From contig AP024596.1 in NCBI GenBank assembly GCA_019704295.1, positions 1,056,001 to 1,120,000 on the forward strand: 64,000 nt of DNA. Direction: 5' to 3'. This DNA is from Sulfolobales archaeon HS-7 (GTDB lineage: Archaea; Thermoproteota; Thermoprotei_A; Sulfolobales; Sulfolobaceae). Under the pieces are notes generated by a model. The model had not been told where the DNA came from and did not search any database. It saw only the letters and a list, made by a program, of their open reading frames with translations. The position numbers were made by a program, and so were the translations under genes. Each line of letters starts with the position of its first letter. Positions within the stretch are counted from its first letter, which is position 1. Below are positions 1-11,150 of this stretch, piece by piece.

Positions 1-2
1 CA

Positions 3-1178
3 GGTACGAATGTCCTATTGGTCGACGGGCAGGAAATAACGTTTTACTTCAACCATAACATAACGTTCTTTGATGGTATGCCACTAACCGCGTTATCCTT
101 GAATTTTTCACTATGGTACTTAGATACGGGAGGCTTCTCCTCCAATCCTTACAATCCAAGTCAGGACACGGTATATATAGGGAACTACTACGGTAAGCCC
201 GTTTACGTGAACTATACTGCGGAATCAATATATTCATCAATTGAATGGTTTGGCGACTTACCTGGACTTGCCTACAGCTACGTCCCCGCAAACAATCCAT
301 ATGTAATACATATCTTCTTTAACGACAGTGCATTCACTAACATATATAAGGTATCCGGCATTCCGCTAATGCCCTGCTTCATATTCGAAAACATACCTCC
401 ACAGGAGCTGGGGCAAGACGTATACTCGGTATCTCATCACGGACAAGTAATAGGTTCCGGACCTGTATACATGTATCAGTGGAATACAACATACGGTCTC
501 TCACTAGTTAGGAATCCGTCATACTTCAAGTTTAATGCTTTAGCGAACTCGTTTAATGTTTCTCCAGGAACGGACTATACACTCATGGTTAACATTACTC
601 AGATTTACGCGTCTCCTGCATATATAAATGGTAAGCCTACAGTACCCGAGCCATTTGTACCAATAGCTAACGCAACAGGTTACGTGGCTGTTATTCCTTA
701 CGGTTCTACAACCCCGGTAGAAACTGTACCTCTTACTCAGGTGAGCGGAAGTATGTATAAAGCTGTAATACCCACGGCGTCCTTATCTACGGGTGCAACG
801 TATGAACTAATGGTAAACGCTACTTACGTTGAGCCAATTGTGTTAAACATGAGTGCAATGAGCAATGGGAGTGGCTTAACTACAGTTCCAGTAACTCATT
901 ACTTCTACGAGTACTACGCAATGAACGTAGTATCCCCAACTGTAACTCCTCCACCAACAACTACAACAACTACTACACCTGTAACTACAACCACCACCCC
1001 TACTACGACTACAATAGCTCCTCCGCCCTCTCCTCCGCCTTCTCAACCTGTTACTGCAACCGTTAGTCAGGTGACGACGATTACTAGTGGTGTCTCGTTA
1101 GCTGTATATGCAAGCGTTGGTATAGAAGCATTAGTAGTAATAGTGGGTGTAGCTGTGCTTTTCCTCGTTAAAAGGTAA
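3..1178 (+). CDS. ABC transporter substrate-binding protein (family 5, OppA/DppA-like), 5'-truncated by the window edge
   Basis: The frame is open from position 3. It has a VIGSGPVY..RNPSYF SBP5-like motif, a Thr/Pro-rich linker and a C-terminal TM anchor ending in KR, and it precedes oppBCDF-type genes. Confidence 0.88.
   Translation, partial: GTNVLLVDGQEITFYFNHNITFFDGMPLTALSLNFSLWYLDTGGFSSNPYNPSQDTVYIGNYYGKPVYVNYTAESIYSSIEWFGDLPGLAYSYVPANNPYVIHIFFNDSAFTNIYKVSGIPLMPCFIFENIPPQELGQDVYSVSHHGQVIGSGPVYMYQWNTTYGLSLVRNPSYFKFNALANSFNVSPGTDYTLMVNITQIYASPAYINGKPTVPEPFVPIANATGYVAVIPYGSTTPVETVPLTQVSGSMYKAVIPTASLSTGATYELMVNATYVEPIVLNMSAMSNGSGLTTVPVTHYFYEYYAMNVVSPTVTPPPTTTTTTTPVTTTTTPTTTTIAPPPSPPPSQPVTATVSQVTTITSGVSLAVYASVGIEALVVIVGVAVLFLVKR
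940..1060 (+). repeat. Low-complexity Thr/Pro codon tract encoding the SBP linker
   Basis: ACT/ACA/CCT-rich run encoding PTVTPPPTTTTTTTPVTTTTTPTTTTIAPPPSPPPS. Confidence 0.8.
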
Positions 1179-1189
1179 AAGGGGTTTTT

Positions 1190-2182
1190 ATGACCTCTTT
1201 TCTTTCCTATGCTTTGAAGAGATTTATTGATAGGTTTATACTCTTAATTGGTTTGATCGTATTTAATTGGCTTCTCCTAGAGGGACTACCAGAGGCCTTT
1301 GGAATTAATCCCGTAGTGTGGATAGTCCCTCGTGAATTAAGTCATAATGTAAATGCCTATGCAACTCAGATAAAGACCCTAACAGTTCTATTCGGGTTTA
1401 ATCAACCTCTATATGTACAATTTGTAAGATATGTTTATAACACACTAACTTTTCACTTTGGATATGATTTCCTAGCAAACGAGCCAGTAATAGTGGAGAT
1501 AATACATCATTTACCGTATACATTGGTTTTAACCATCCCCCCTCTTATAATTTCGACTTTCCTCGCTATCATTCTAGGTCAGATAGCGGCCTTAAGAAGG
1601 GGCTCTGCCGTTGACAATACACTCTCGAATTATTTCATAATTCAGTATAACATACCAGGGTTCTTTCTCTCGTTCATTCTATGGGTAGTCCTCATAGTAG
1701 CTTTAAAGTTAGGCCCTATAAGTGATGCGTCTGTGTTAACTTCTTGGAATATAGTTAATGTGTTAAAGGCTTATTGGCTGCCATGGATTATCATAACTCT
1801 CATCTTCGGATTTCCCGTAAGAGGTCTTCTGATGAGAAATACAATGGTAGATATTCTCGATTCTGACTTTATTAGATACGAGAGGATAGCAGGGGTAAAG
1901 GAGGGAATTGTTAGGAGTCATGCAAGGCAAGTTTCCCTCATACCGGTTGTTACCAGGACATCTATAGATTTAGCGTTTATCTTAGGAGGAATTTTCGTCA
2001 TTGAATACGTTTTTGGTATACCAGGTATGGGTTACCTGCTAACTGAGGCAGCTGTAAAGTTTGATTTTCCCCTATTAGTGGGAAGCTTCTTTGTGCTAAC
2101 CTTTTACTCTCTTATAGTACTTTATATAAATGATTTAATATACCCATTAATAGATCCTAGACTTAAGAAGAGCCTGAGGTGA
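1190..2182 (+). CDS. ABC transporter permease, OppB/DppB type
   Basis: Multiple TM helices, EAA-like loop, IEYVFGIPGMG and C-terminal IDPR. Confidence 0.92.
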   Translation: MTSFLSYALKRFIDRFILLIGLIVFNWLLLEGLPEAFGINPVVWIVPRELSHNVNAYATQIKTLTVLFGFNQPLYVQFVRYVYNTLTFHFGYDFLANEPVIVEIIHHLPYTLVLTIPPLIISTFLAIILGQIAALRRGSAVDNTLSNYFIIQYNIPGFFLSFILWVVLIVALKLGPISDASVLTSWNIVNVLKAYWLPWIIITLIFGFPVRGLLMRNTMVDILDSDFIRYERIAGVKEGIVRSHARQVSLIPVVTRTSIDLAFILGGIFVIEYVFGIPGMGYLLTEAAVKFDFPLLVGSFFVLTFYSLIVLYINDLIYPLIDPRLKKSLR

Positions 2183-3777
2183 ATGCTATAAGGATTCCAA
2201 AAATATTAACGACGCCGCAAGGAATAGTTGGCATAACTGTGTTGGTAATTTTAGTGGGAAGTGTAGTAGGGGGAATATTTATAGTTCCAAAAACGAATCC
2301 CTATGCTGAAAATGGAATGTACGTGGCCGCACCGTTTGCTGTTCCTGCTTGGGCTTCATCACTTTACGGCAATCTCCCGCCTAATATACCACTTCCTAGT
2401 ACTGTTTCCTTAATAGAGGATAAATCCCCTCAAGTATTGAGCTTTTGGAATGCGAGAAATATATCCATTGATGGCGATAAAGTTGTATTTTTATGGAATT
2501 CGACTTTGGGACCCTCAGGAACGAGCTTTACGGAAACGGCTTCAACGTATGGAAATAGTGGCCCGGGAAGTATAGAGCTAATAATATCAGGTCCCAATCC
2601 TATTAACGTATCATTGTATCATATATTCAACTACACATACGATCTACCAGGTGATTACAACTTCTTTATAATGCAGAGTAGCATTTACTTCCAGCAATAC
2701 AACTCAACTATAAACTATGATGGTTACTTAACTAATCCTAAAAATCAAACCTTCTGGATGTTTACTGTTGGAAGTGCCGCTCCCGTTAATCCCTTAGCTT
2801 CTTCTGCCTTTCAATACTTTGGACCTAATGGTTGGCATTACGTTCTAGGAGATAGCGCGTCTCCGATTTACTCTCCGTGGTATTATACTTCGAATTTAAC
2901 GCCTAATGAAACTTCATTTGCGTCTTCAATACTGTTACACTCTGCTTTTTCCTCTGACGGTGCATATAAAGTTCAATACCAAATCCAGTATAATCCGCAA
3001 TCCAGTAACGCTTCGGCGAAAGTCTTTCTCTCCGATGTTTTCTTTAAGTTTCTGGGCTCAAAATATGGATTGTTAGGCACTGATAATAACGGAGCTAGTG
3101 TGTATCAGGAATACGTCCAAGGGGGGGAATTTGATCTTATTCTGGCTACATTAGTCGGATTAATGATAGTTTTCGTAGGAGCCGGTACTGGACTTTTAGG
3201 GGGGTATTTCGGGGGGAAAATAGATCAGGTTTTAGTATCGATAACTGATTTTATATTTTTGTTTCCTGCTTTGGCTCTATACATAGTCCTTATTTCTGTC
3301 TTTGGGCAGTTGCTTAATTTGACCAGTCAAATAGATAGGACGATTTTAATTGGGGCGATAATAATCGTCTTCTCATGGCCGGCAACAGGCAGAATAATTA
3401 GGGGGCAAACATACGCGGTAAGTAATCAGCAATTCGTTGAGGCTGCTAAGGCTTTAGGAGAATCGAATTTAACGGTAATAAGGAAGCATATTCTAAATCA
3501 TATATTTCCTATAATCGTTGTACAAATAATATTTGACGTACCAGCTGTCATAGGAGTCGAATCTACCCTCGATTTCCTGGGGTTGGGAATTACGGGCTTT
3601 CCAACATGGGGTAATATGTTGGGTTATGCGGAGCATTATGTTACATCGGCACCACATTACATATGGTGGTGGATTCTGCCTCCAGGTCTAGCACTGCTAA
3701 TATTGGGAATAGCTCTATTTTATTTCGGTGAGAGTCTGCTAAGGCTATACGGTATTCAGGGAGGTAGACTGCAGTGA
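2179..3777 (+). CDS. ABC transporter permease, OppC/DppC type, with a large extracellular insertion
   Basis: LLGTD, FVEAAKALG, LDFLGLG, PTWG and WWWILPPG motifs. GTGA overlap with the upstream gene. Confidence 0.92.
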   Translation: MNAIRIPKILTTPQGIVGITVLVILVGSVVGGIFIVPKTNPYAENGMYVAAPFAVPAWASSLYGNLPPNIPLPSTVSLIEDKSPQVLSFWNARNISIDGDKVVFLWNSTLGPSGTSFTETASTYGNSGPGSIELIISGPNPINVSLYHIFNYTYDLPGDYNFFIMQSSIYFQQYNSTINYDGYLTNPKNQTFWMFTVGSAAPVNPLASSAFQYFGPNGWHYVLGDSASPIYSPWYYTSNLTPNETSFASSILLHSAFSSDGAYKVQYQIQYNPQSSNASAKVFLSDVFFKFLGSKYGLLGTDNNGASVYQEYVQGGEFDLILATLVGLMIVFVGAGTGLLGGYFGGKIDQVLVSITDFIFLFPALALYIVLISVFGQLLNLTSQIDRTILIGAIIIVFSWPATGRIIRGQTYAVSNQQFVEAAKALGESNLTVIRKHILNHIFPIIVVQIIFDVPAVIGVESTLDFLGLGITGFPTWGNMLGYAEHYVTSAPHYIWWWILPPGLALLILGIALFYFGESLLRLYGIQGGRLQ

Positions 3778-4748
3778 GCTTAGAATTAGATAGAGTGAAT
3801 ATATATTACTCATTAGGAAGAGCTGAGCTCCGTGCTGTAAGTGACGTAACCCTTAACGTAAATAGAGGGGAATCCTTGGGAATAATAGGAGAGACAGGAT
3901 CAGGTAAGACGACGTTAGTTTCATCGATCGTAAGAACACTTCCAGAAAATGCGAGGTTTGAGGGTAGAATTTCCTTAGACGGCGCAGATATTCACTCTAT
4001 GCCATTGAAGGAATTTAGGAAAAATATTAGCTGGAGTAAAATTTCGATTATACCCCAATATTCCATGAATGCTCTTAACCCTGTAAAAAAAATTGGTGAA
4101 CAGTTAGGTTTGATAGCATCAGAGCATACTAATTGGAGTACTCAAGAAATTGCCGAGAGGATATATAACTTATTCAAGGAACTCGGTTTACCCCCTGAGA
4201 CCTACTTTAAGTTACCGGACGAACTCTCTGGTGGTCAAAAGCAAAGGGTGATCATAGCATCAGCACTACTTTTAGAACCTGACGTAGTAATAGCTGATGA
4301 ACCTACAACTGCACTCGACGTCATAAATCAAGCGAAAGTGATCTCCCTTATCAAGAGAAGCGTCAAGGAGAGAGGAAAAACTATGCTATACATTACTCAT
4401 GATATAGCCGTCGTAGCGGGAATCACAGATAAGATGGTGACAATGTATGCTGGGAAGGTTATGGAATACGGTTCTACCAGGAAAATGTTTAGGGAGCCAT
4501 TGCATCCATACACGATGCTTTTAATTAACTCTGTACCCGACATAAGGAGAGGGAGAGTGAAGAAGCTCTCATATATCCCTGGGGAACCCCCCGATTTAAT
4601 AAAAAGAGAAAAGGGGTGCTCCTTTGCTAAGAGATGTCCGATCGCTAGGGACATTTGCAGATTACAGGAACCTGAACTCAAAAATATTGATGGACGCCTA
4701 GTTTCGTGTCATTTTGCCGAGGAAACAGTTACGCTTAGGCAGGGATGA
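3774..4748 (+). CDS. Oligopeptide ABC ATPase, OppD type
   Basis: Walker A GETGSGKT, LSGGQKQR, ADEPTT, HPYT and a C-terminal Cys cluster. Confidence 0.95.
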   Translation: MSLELDRVNIYYSLGRAELRAVSDVTLNVNRGESLGIIGETGSGKTTLVSSIVRTLPENARFEGRISLDGADIHSMPLKEFRKNISWSKISIIPQYSMNALNPVKKIGEQLGLIASEHTNWSTQEIAERIYNLFKELGLPPETYFKLPDELSGGQKQRVIIASALLLEPDVVIADEPTTALDVINQAKVISLIKRSVKERGKTMLYITHDIAVVAGITDKMVTMYAGKVMEYGSTRKMFREPLHPYTMLLINSVPDIRRGRVKKLSYIPGEPPDLIKREKGCSFAKRCPIARDICRLQEPELKNIDGRLVSCHFAEETVTLRQG

Positions 4749-5722
4749 AAATGTCGGAACCTGTTTTAACAGTAAAGAAATTGACATTGAGTTATGCGTT
4801 TGGAAGAGAGGGACTTTTCAGAACTAAGTATGTTAGAGCTGTCAGGGACGTCTCATTAACAGTAAAACGCGGTGAAATCACTTCGCTAGTTGGGGAGTCT
4901 GGTTCGGGAAAAACTACTCTTGGTAAGGGAACATTACGCCTTCTCAAACCCACTGAAGGGGAAATATTCTGGGAAAATGATAACGTAACGAACATGAAGG
5001 ACTCTAAGCTCAGAAGGCTTAGAAGATATTATCAGATAATTCAGCAAGATCCTTACAGTTCCCTTGATCCTACATACAAGGTATATGATATAATAGCTGA
5101 GGGAATAAGGTTGCATAAGCTGGCTACGTCAAGGCAAGATGAGCAGGACATGATCTACAGAATGCTGTCCGTCGTTAGATTAACTCCACCCGAGGAGTTC
5201 GCAGTAAAGAGACCTTATGAACTTTCAGGTGGACAGAGACAGAGGGTGGCCATTGCTAGAGCCCTAGTTCTCAAACCAAAGTACATTGTAGCTGACGAAC
5301 CCGTGTCAATGCTTGACGCATCAACGCGGGGTCAAATAGTTGATTTTATCCTTAAAGCAAGGGAGAATGACGGAACATCAATATTGTTTATAACTCATGA
5401 TATTTCCTTAGCAAGTTATATTTCAGATACGATAAACGTTATGTATTTAGGTAAGGTAGTGGAATCTGGGAAACCTGAGGATATAGTAAATAGGCCGATG
5501 CATCCGTACACACAGGCATTAATAGAGGCAGTGCCTATACCAGACCCTGAGGTTGGGATTAAAGACCCCAGGATAAAGGGAGATATGGATACCCTCCTTA
5601 ATATACCAACAGGCTGTGTGTTTAGGAACAGATGTCCCTATGCATTTGCGGCGTGTGAACAGGAACCTACTTTGAGGAGGGTGGAAGGTAATCATTATGT
5701 CGCTTGTCACCTTATTAGGTAG
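4745..5722 (+). CDS. Oligopeptide ABC ATPase, OppF type
   Basis: GESGSGKT, LSGGQRQR, ADEPVS, HPYT and a C-terminal Cys cluster. Confidence 0.95.
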   Translation: MKMSEPVLTVKKLTLSYAFGREGLFRTKYVRAVRDVSLTVKRGEITSLVGESGSGKTTLGKGTLRLLKPTEGEIFWENDNVTNMKDSKLRRLRRYYQIIQQDPYSSLDPTYKVYDIIAEGIRLHKLATSRQDEQDMIYRMLSVVRLTPPEEFAVKRPYELSGGQRQRVAIARALVLKPKYIVADEPVSMLDASTRGQIVDFILKARENDGTSILFITHDISLASYISDTINVMYLGKVVESGKPEDIVNRPMHPYTQALIEAVPIPDPEVGIKDPRIKGDMDTLLNIPTGCVFRNRCPYAFAACEQEPTLRRVEGNHYVACHLIR

Positions 5723-6359
5723 CCTGATTGTCTTAGCATTAGTATTGCAAGGTACTCAAGCAATACTTTATCACGGTCTAATTGTGGGGCTAGGACAGAG
5801 AGGGGAAGTAACAGTAATTCCCACAGAGATCTCTAGTGCTCAGTATAACGTTTCAGTTCACATTAGAGGAGAGGTGGGAAATTCTACACTTAACTTAACC
5901 ACTAGATATAATGGCGAATATTATTATCTGGTTTCAAAGAATGGCTCTACACTCTCAATATGTTACTACTCGGCTAACTTCAGTAAAGTTCAAATTGTAG
6001 CGCCATTTTACCTACCCTTTCAATTACCCGAAGGAAACATAACCCTTAAAATGACCCTCAGGAACTCCTCTGAAATCTCTGCTCAACTTATTAGCACAGC
6101 TCATGTTAACACGACCGGGAACACTACTGTTATAATATTCAAGGACTTGAATATAACTGAAGGAATATACCTTTCATTCATTTATCGGTACAATGATAAC
6201 TACCTTACAGATATCCAGTCAAATTACTCGTTTACCGATTTCTTTCTAGAGAATAACGTGATCATTTCCCCAAATCACGAGCAGCCGTTTCCTTATTATA
6301 TACTAATTATACCCGTTGTAGTGGTAATTGCTGTTATCTTGTGGAGAATAAAGCGCTGA
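5697..6359 (+). CDS. Hypothetical secreted, C-terminally anchored glycoprotein
   Basis: Hydrophobic N-terminus, many N-x-S/T sequons and a C-terminal TM followed by RIKR. T-tract after the stop. Confidence 0.7.
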   Translation: MSLVTLLGSLIVLALVLQGTQAILYHGLIVGLGQRGEVTVIPTEISSAQYNVSVHIRGEVGNSTLNLTTRYNGEYYYLVSKNGSTLSICYYSANFSKVQIVAPFYLPFQLPEGNITLKMTLRNSSEISAQLISTAHVNTTGNTTVIIFKDLNITEGIYLSFIYRYNDNYLTDIQSNYSFTDFFLENNVIISPNHEQPFPYYILIIPVVVVIAVILWRIKR

Positions 6360-6371
6360 ATTTTTTTCTTC

Positions 6372-7958
6372 ATGAGCTTTGTTGTATCCATGAACGGTGC
6401 AGAAGTTATACTAAATATTTTAAAAAAGTATACGGACAAGGTATTTATTGTTTCTGGAACGGATTACGCGGCTTTTATAGAGGCAAGATACAGGGGAGTA
6501 GGACCGGAATTTATCGTAATACCCCACGAAATTACTGCCGTGTCCGCAGCTATGGGATATTCCCTTTCAGGTAAGCTAGGGGTTGCAATGGTACATACAG
6601 TGCCTGGGACGCTAAATTCATTAGGAATTATCGCTGATGCCTTCTCATCCAGGATTCCCTTAATTGTAATAGCTGGGAAAAGTCCTTATACAGAAAGGGG
6701 TTCTACAGCGAGCAGAAATCTGAGAATTCACTGGACACAGGACCTTAGGGACCAAGGCGGAGTTTTAAGGCAATACGTTAAATGGGATCACGAGATAAGA
6801 ACTGTAGAACAGATCGCTGATACGATTCAGAGGGGAATACAAATTGCATTAAGTGAACCTCCTGGACCTGTTTACATCACTGTTCCTAGAGAGATATCAG
6901 TAGCGGACACGACTTTAACTGAGAAAAAGATGGACTTTACGGAACCAGGAGTTTCCACAAGTAAATTAGAAAGGGCTAAGGAACTGTTAAGCAACTCTTC
7001 AGCACCGTTGATAATCACGTGGGGATCTGGAAGGAGGAGGGATTGGTTTGATTCGGTGAAAAGGTTTGCTGATATCCACAGGATACCTGTCGCAGGATAT
7101 GTAGGGGAATGGCTCAATTACCCCACTACTGGGGATATGGCTCTAGACTCATATAATACTAAGGACTTTGACGTTATACTGGTTTTTGAGAACGAAGTTC
7201 CGTGGATTCCAAAGTACGGAGAACCTGATGCAAAGATAATTAGGGTTGACGTAGACCCCCTGTACTCGCAAATACCTTATTCCGGTTTTCCTTGTGATCT
7301 ATGTGTTCAATCTGGCATTAGCGATTTCCTTGATAACCTGAATGTAAAAAAGAGTTGGGATTGGGGAGACATTTTCGTGAAGCAAAGGGAGGAGAAAATG
7401 AGGAAACTTGAGAAGATGAAGGACTCAAAAAGAATTCATCCGGCTCTTCTTTCATACGAGCTGAGTAAGATTGGATGGACGATATATAACGAGTATCCGT
7501 TCAGGGGAGAGTACGCAATACTAAATAGGTACAACCAATACTATGCCGATCCTGGATTTGGACATCTCGGTTGGGCATTAGGGGCAGGACTTGGATACAA
7601 AATCTCCACAGGAGAAAACGTAATAATAACCGTAGGAGATGGCTCGTTCATTGAGGGTGTACCAACGGCTTTCCTTTATACCGCTAAACGGCACCCCGTC
7701 TTAGTGGTAATTTACGATAATAAAAGCTGGTTCGCAGTCGAGAAGGCAGTTAGGGAGGTATTTCCCTCAACGTCTATGGACAGTTTCCCTGGTGCTGATT
7801 TAGACATAGATGGTTTAGCTGAGGTAGTAGAAAGTATAAGCGGGGAGTACGTTTACATTGAAAGCCCCTCTGAGATTCAGGACGGATTAAAAAGGGGAAA
7901 AGACGCCGTATTGGCAGGAAGGACAGCGATAATCCACGCTCGTACTGAGAAGGTTTAA
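6372..7958 (+). CDS. Thiamine-diphosphate-dependent enzyme (acetolactate synthase/decarboxylase family)
   Basis: PHE catalytic Glu motif, HTVPG and the GDGS...YDN ThDP-binding motif. Confidence 0.88.
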   Translation: MSFVVSMNGAEVILNILKKYTDKVFIVSGTDYAAFIEARYRGVGPEFIVIPHEITAVSAAMGYSLSGKLGVAMVHTVPGTLNSLGIIADAFSSRIPLIVIAGKSPYTERGSTASRNLRIHWTQDLRDQGGVLRQYVKWDHEIRTVEQIADTIQRGIQIALSEPPGPVYITVPREISVADTTLTEKKMDFTEPGVSTSKLERAKELLSNSSAPLIITWGSGRRRDWFDSVKRFADIHRIPVAGYVGEWLNYPTTGDMALDSYNTKDFDVILVFENEVPWIPKYGEPDAKIIRVDVDPLYSQIPYSGFPCDLCVQSGISDFLDNLNVKKSWDWGDIFVKQREEKMRKLEKMKDSKRIHPALLSYELSKIGWTIYNEYPFRGEYAILNRYNQYYADPGFGHLGWALGAGLGYKISTGENVIITVGDGSFIEGVPTAFLYTAKRHPVLVVIYDNKSWFAVEKAVREVFPSTSMDSFPGADLDIDGLAEVVESISGEYVYIESPSEIQDGLKRGKDAVLAGRTAIIHARTEKV

Positions 7959-8902
7959 ATCCTTTCGAATCCGTTCTCTTCTATTATTGGAGAGATCTTC
8001 TTCATCACATAACTAATAACCGGTCCGGTCATTCCTAGTTTTCTATATATTCTGTATAAGAGGGGTAGCTTTAATGAAGCACCGGCCGCTAGTGGATGTC
8101 CCCCTCCGCCTAATCCTACTGCGAACTTTCTAACGTTAAAGGAGTTGCTTCTGAATGAAACTGCTACACCATTAGCAGATACGAAAACTGACGCTCCAGT
8201 TCTAGACATTATGTACTGTGCGGCATAGCTTATATCTGGAGGTCCCTTCCATCTAATTGCAAATGCAACTTTCTCATTATCTATTGTTATAACCTTAAAG
8301 TACTTCTTCAATTTATTGTACCCCTTTAACTCTTTGTTTACCATTTCCTCAAGAATTTCATTGAAATCATCCTCCCACAGTTTGCCCGAATAGAAGAGCG
8401 CGATTAGGTGTTCTTTCCAAGAGTAATCCCTATTGTATTCAACGATCCTTCTGAGCTTTTCTCCTAAGGGATCATTGTGCAACCAAATGTCGACAGAGCA
8501 GTCAGCACTTGCTATTTTTTTCGAGAAATCATCATCGGGATTCATATACTTATTTACTACTCCCGCACCACACGTTGACACATCATGATACAGTTCAACT
8601 CCTGCCTTTTTTACCTCCTCCTTCCAATTCTCTTTCCAGACGTGATGGTCAAACCATTCAACTTTCACTTCTTTAAATTTCTGCAATGCGGTAAGAACCT
8701 TTGGAAGAGTGTCTTGATTCATACCTATATCGGCGATCATTATTTTCTTTACGTCGCCGAGATTGAGGTTATTTAATAAGTCCCCAATCTTAGTTGGTTC
8801 TGTGAAGAATACCTTTTTGGGTAGAGTCCTTGCTGCCCTTGCGTAAACGGCCGCTGATGCAGTCCCATCAAAGTCGTTATGAACTATGGCATAGTATTCC
8901 AT
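7955..8902 (-). CDS. DHH/DHHA1 family phosphoesterase
   Basis: HNDFDG, ADIG, FDHH and GGGGHPLAAG motifs. Confidence 0.92.
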   Translation of the reverse strand: MEYYAIVHNDFDGTASAAVYARAARTLPKKVFFTEPTKIGDLLNNLNLGDVKKIMIADIGMNQDTLPKVLTALQKFKEVKVEWFDHHVWKENWKEEVKKAGVELYHDVSTCGAGVVNKYMNPDDDFSKKIASADCSVDIWLHNDPLGEKLRRIVEYNRDYSWKEHLIALFYSGKLWEDDFNEILEEMVNKELKGYNKLKKYFKVITIDNEKVAFAIRWKGPPDISYAAQYIMSRTGASVFVSANGVAVSFRSNSFNVRKFAVGLGGGGHPLAAGASLKLPLLYRIYRKLGMTGPVISYVMKKISPIIEENGFERI

Positions 8903-8905
8903 ACG

Positions 8906-9826
8906 TTATTGTTGAGGTAGAAGCTTATAATTTCTCCCGAACGTTAATCTTGAGAACAGTTTTTCCTCGCATAGGAAGTATCCTAGTGGTATTGCTATTA
9001 GGTAGACTATGAAGTGAAATCCCGTTGCTCCCTGGACAACACTAGTTAAGATTAGGAGAATCCCTGTCACTTTCTCAATTTCACCCTTTATCCCAATTAT
9101 GAGTAGGCTAGCTAATATAACTCCTAATAAAGCGAAAGTTATACCTGTTTGAGAACTATTTACTGTGATTCCTAAGGAGGACGGAATTACCATAGTCATG
9201 ATAGTTTGTAAAAAGGCGTTTCCTGAAATTAGGAATCCGAAGAATATGAAGGGGATTGATATTAGGGCTCCCGAGATGTACGCGATTATAATTTTCCCTT
9301 TCTTGGATCTGAGTAATATACTGTAACTTAAAGTTCCAGCTGCTAATAATGCCAGCAAGATCAGGGGACTATACGTTAGGGCGGGTCCGTGAGAGTATAA
9401 AAGTATAGATTGAAGGTAGAAGTAACCTGTGAAAAGCATTATTGGAACGAGGAAAATTAACTCACGCCGTGTACTATTACCCATTTCAAGTAGGGAAATT
9501 CCTAAGGAGAAAAAAAGTAGGAAAAACGTAAAGGCATACCAAAGTAGAGTACCGTAGTACTCAGGGTAAATATATGGAATCACAGAGGATACAAGCTCTA
9601 TTGCGAACAAAATTAAGAACTCCTTCAATTTCAGGGAGAGAATCAACAGCGTGACCATAATGGTTACGTAAAACAGAGCGGAACCTATGATACCTAAAGG
9701 ATACAAATAGTTGAGAAATGTCTGGTGAAGGGGGAGGGGGATTAAGGCATAAAGGGCGTCCCTAAAAACGAATTGCAGAATTGTCCCTGCAAGAAGTAGG
9801 GAAACTACTCCAGTGATAAATTTCAT
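8906..9826 (-). CDS. cbsB: Cytochrome b558/566 subunit B-like membrane protein
   Basis: Polytopic hydrophobic protein of about 306 aa directly downstream of cbsA. The assignment rests mainly on position and size. Confidence 0.72.
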   Translation of the reverse strand: MKFITGVVSLLLAGTILQFVFRDALYALIPLPLHQTFLNYLYPLGIIGSALFYVTIMVTLLILSLKLKEFLILFAIELVSSVIPYIYPEYYGTLLWYAFTFFLLFFSLGISLLEMGNSTRRELIFLVPIMLFTGYFYLQSILLYSHGPALTYSPLILLALLAAGTLSYSILLRSKKGKIIIAYISGALISIPFIFFGFLISGNAFLQTIMTMVIPSSLGITVNSSQTGITFALLGVILASLLIIGIKGEIEKVTGILLILTSVVQGATGFHFIVYLIAIPLGYFLCEEKLFSRLTFGRNYKLLPQQ

Positions 9827-9830
9827 CCTC

Positions 9831-11150
9831 TCACTTCTTGAAAATTGTCTGTAGTAAGATGAGCACTAGAATAGCTATTACACCCGCAACTATCATTATG
9901 TAGAAGGTCAAAGGATTCAATGCAGTTGCCTCTTGGGGTGATATGAAAACAGTTAAGAATTCTGGGGCGATTGATTTATCGAACAGCGTCTCTCCCTCCC
10001 TTCCCTGCCATATCGCAAAGGCAACGTTATATTCCTGTCCCACTTTGAATGTAGGCATGAATTTCGACTCATGAGGGGAGACAGTCATACTCCTCACGAA
10101 TTCCACTGTCCAATACCCATTCGAATAGTTTGCACCCGTCCAGATCATGAAGAGAGATCCATTTAGACCAGACGATGCAACAGGAGAGTACCATATACCT
10201 GAGGTGTCGACCTCATACATATCAGTTTGGTTTGTAAAGAGAGGTACGGCAAATCCGTGATCTGTGGTGTAATTAAGTCCTGTCAGCGACGTATTTTGCC
10301 ATAGATTGTATTTAAAGGCAGGATTAAGTGTAGAATTCCATGTCGCTCCAGAAACCCACATCCATATGTTAGCAGGACCTGCTGATAGTGACCCTCCTGC
10401 TTCCGAAAAGTTAAAACCATCGAAAATTTGCCCTGGATATTTACCCCCTACATTCATTGCATCCATCGGTTCAGTTTCGTTTCCCATATACCACATTATC
10501 GCGGCTCTGTCAGGGTAATACCACGTTTGATTGGTATAATAACCGTAGAAAAGTCCTGAGGAATAAAGGATAGCCTCGATTGGCCTGGGGGAGTGATATA
10601 AGAGTATTGTGTTGTTACTCACGGTTATTTGAGTACTGTTTGGGAATAGTATGGAAACTCCTTCATGCATAACCTCTAATCTTCCCTGGTAAGTCTTTCC
10701 GTTAACTATTGCTGTATAATTCGTGTAATTATTTAGGATTTTATAAGTTGTATTGGGTTCTAACTCAATTATTCTAAAAAGTCCTATTCCTGTCGCTGAG
10801 GAATTTAGGGCTGCTGCAGCAGCCGACCACGCGTTGAACGCGGGTTCTGGGGAATACCATCTCATTAGTACGAACATATCTGTACCGTTATAGGCCATCT
10901 TTACTTCCACCCAGTGAGTTTCACCAGATGTAGGAACTCCTTTGAGATTAGGGGCTAATGTAACGTTTGTCCAGGGGATATTTCTCCAGAAAGGCTCTGA
11001 GCCAGGTGCGCCAAGATCTGCGCTCCCCGAAACTTTATATGCTATAATTTGAGGTGCCGTTAATCCCTCAACTAGGAGTCCTCCAATAAGAATTAAAACA
11101 AAGGCAATTAATGTGACGATCAAGTTTATTCTCCTGTTAAAGGCTACCAT
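9831..11150 (-). CDS. cbsA: Cytochrome b558/566 subunit A (ethylbenzene-dehydrogenase-type heme domain)
   Basis: N- and C-terminal TMs, many sequons, and [16 protein letters not shown] and [15 protein letters not shown] motifs. Confidence 0.88.
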   Translation of the reverse strand: MVAFNRRINLIVTLIAFVLILIGGLLVEGLTAPQIIAYKVSGSADLGAPGSEPFWRNIPWTNVTLAPNLKGVPTSGETHWVEVKMAYNGTDMFVLMRWYSPEPAFNAWSAAAAALNSSATGIGLFRIIELEPNTTYKILNNYTNYTAIVNGKTYQGRLEVMHEGVSILFPNSTQITVSNNTILLYHSPRPIEAILYSSGLFYGYYTNQTWYYPDRAAIMWYMGNETEPMDAMNVGGKYPGQIFDGFNFSEAGGSLSAGPANIWMWVSGATWNSTLNPAFKYNLWQNTSLTGLNYTTDHGFAVPLFTNQTDMYEVDTSGIWYSPVASSGLNGSLFMIWTGANYSNGYWTVEFVRSMTVSPHESKFMPTFKVGQEYNVAFAIWQGREGETLFDKSIAPEFLTVFISPQEATALNPLTFYIMIVAGVIAILVLILLQTIFKK

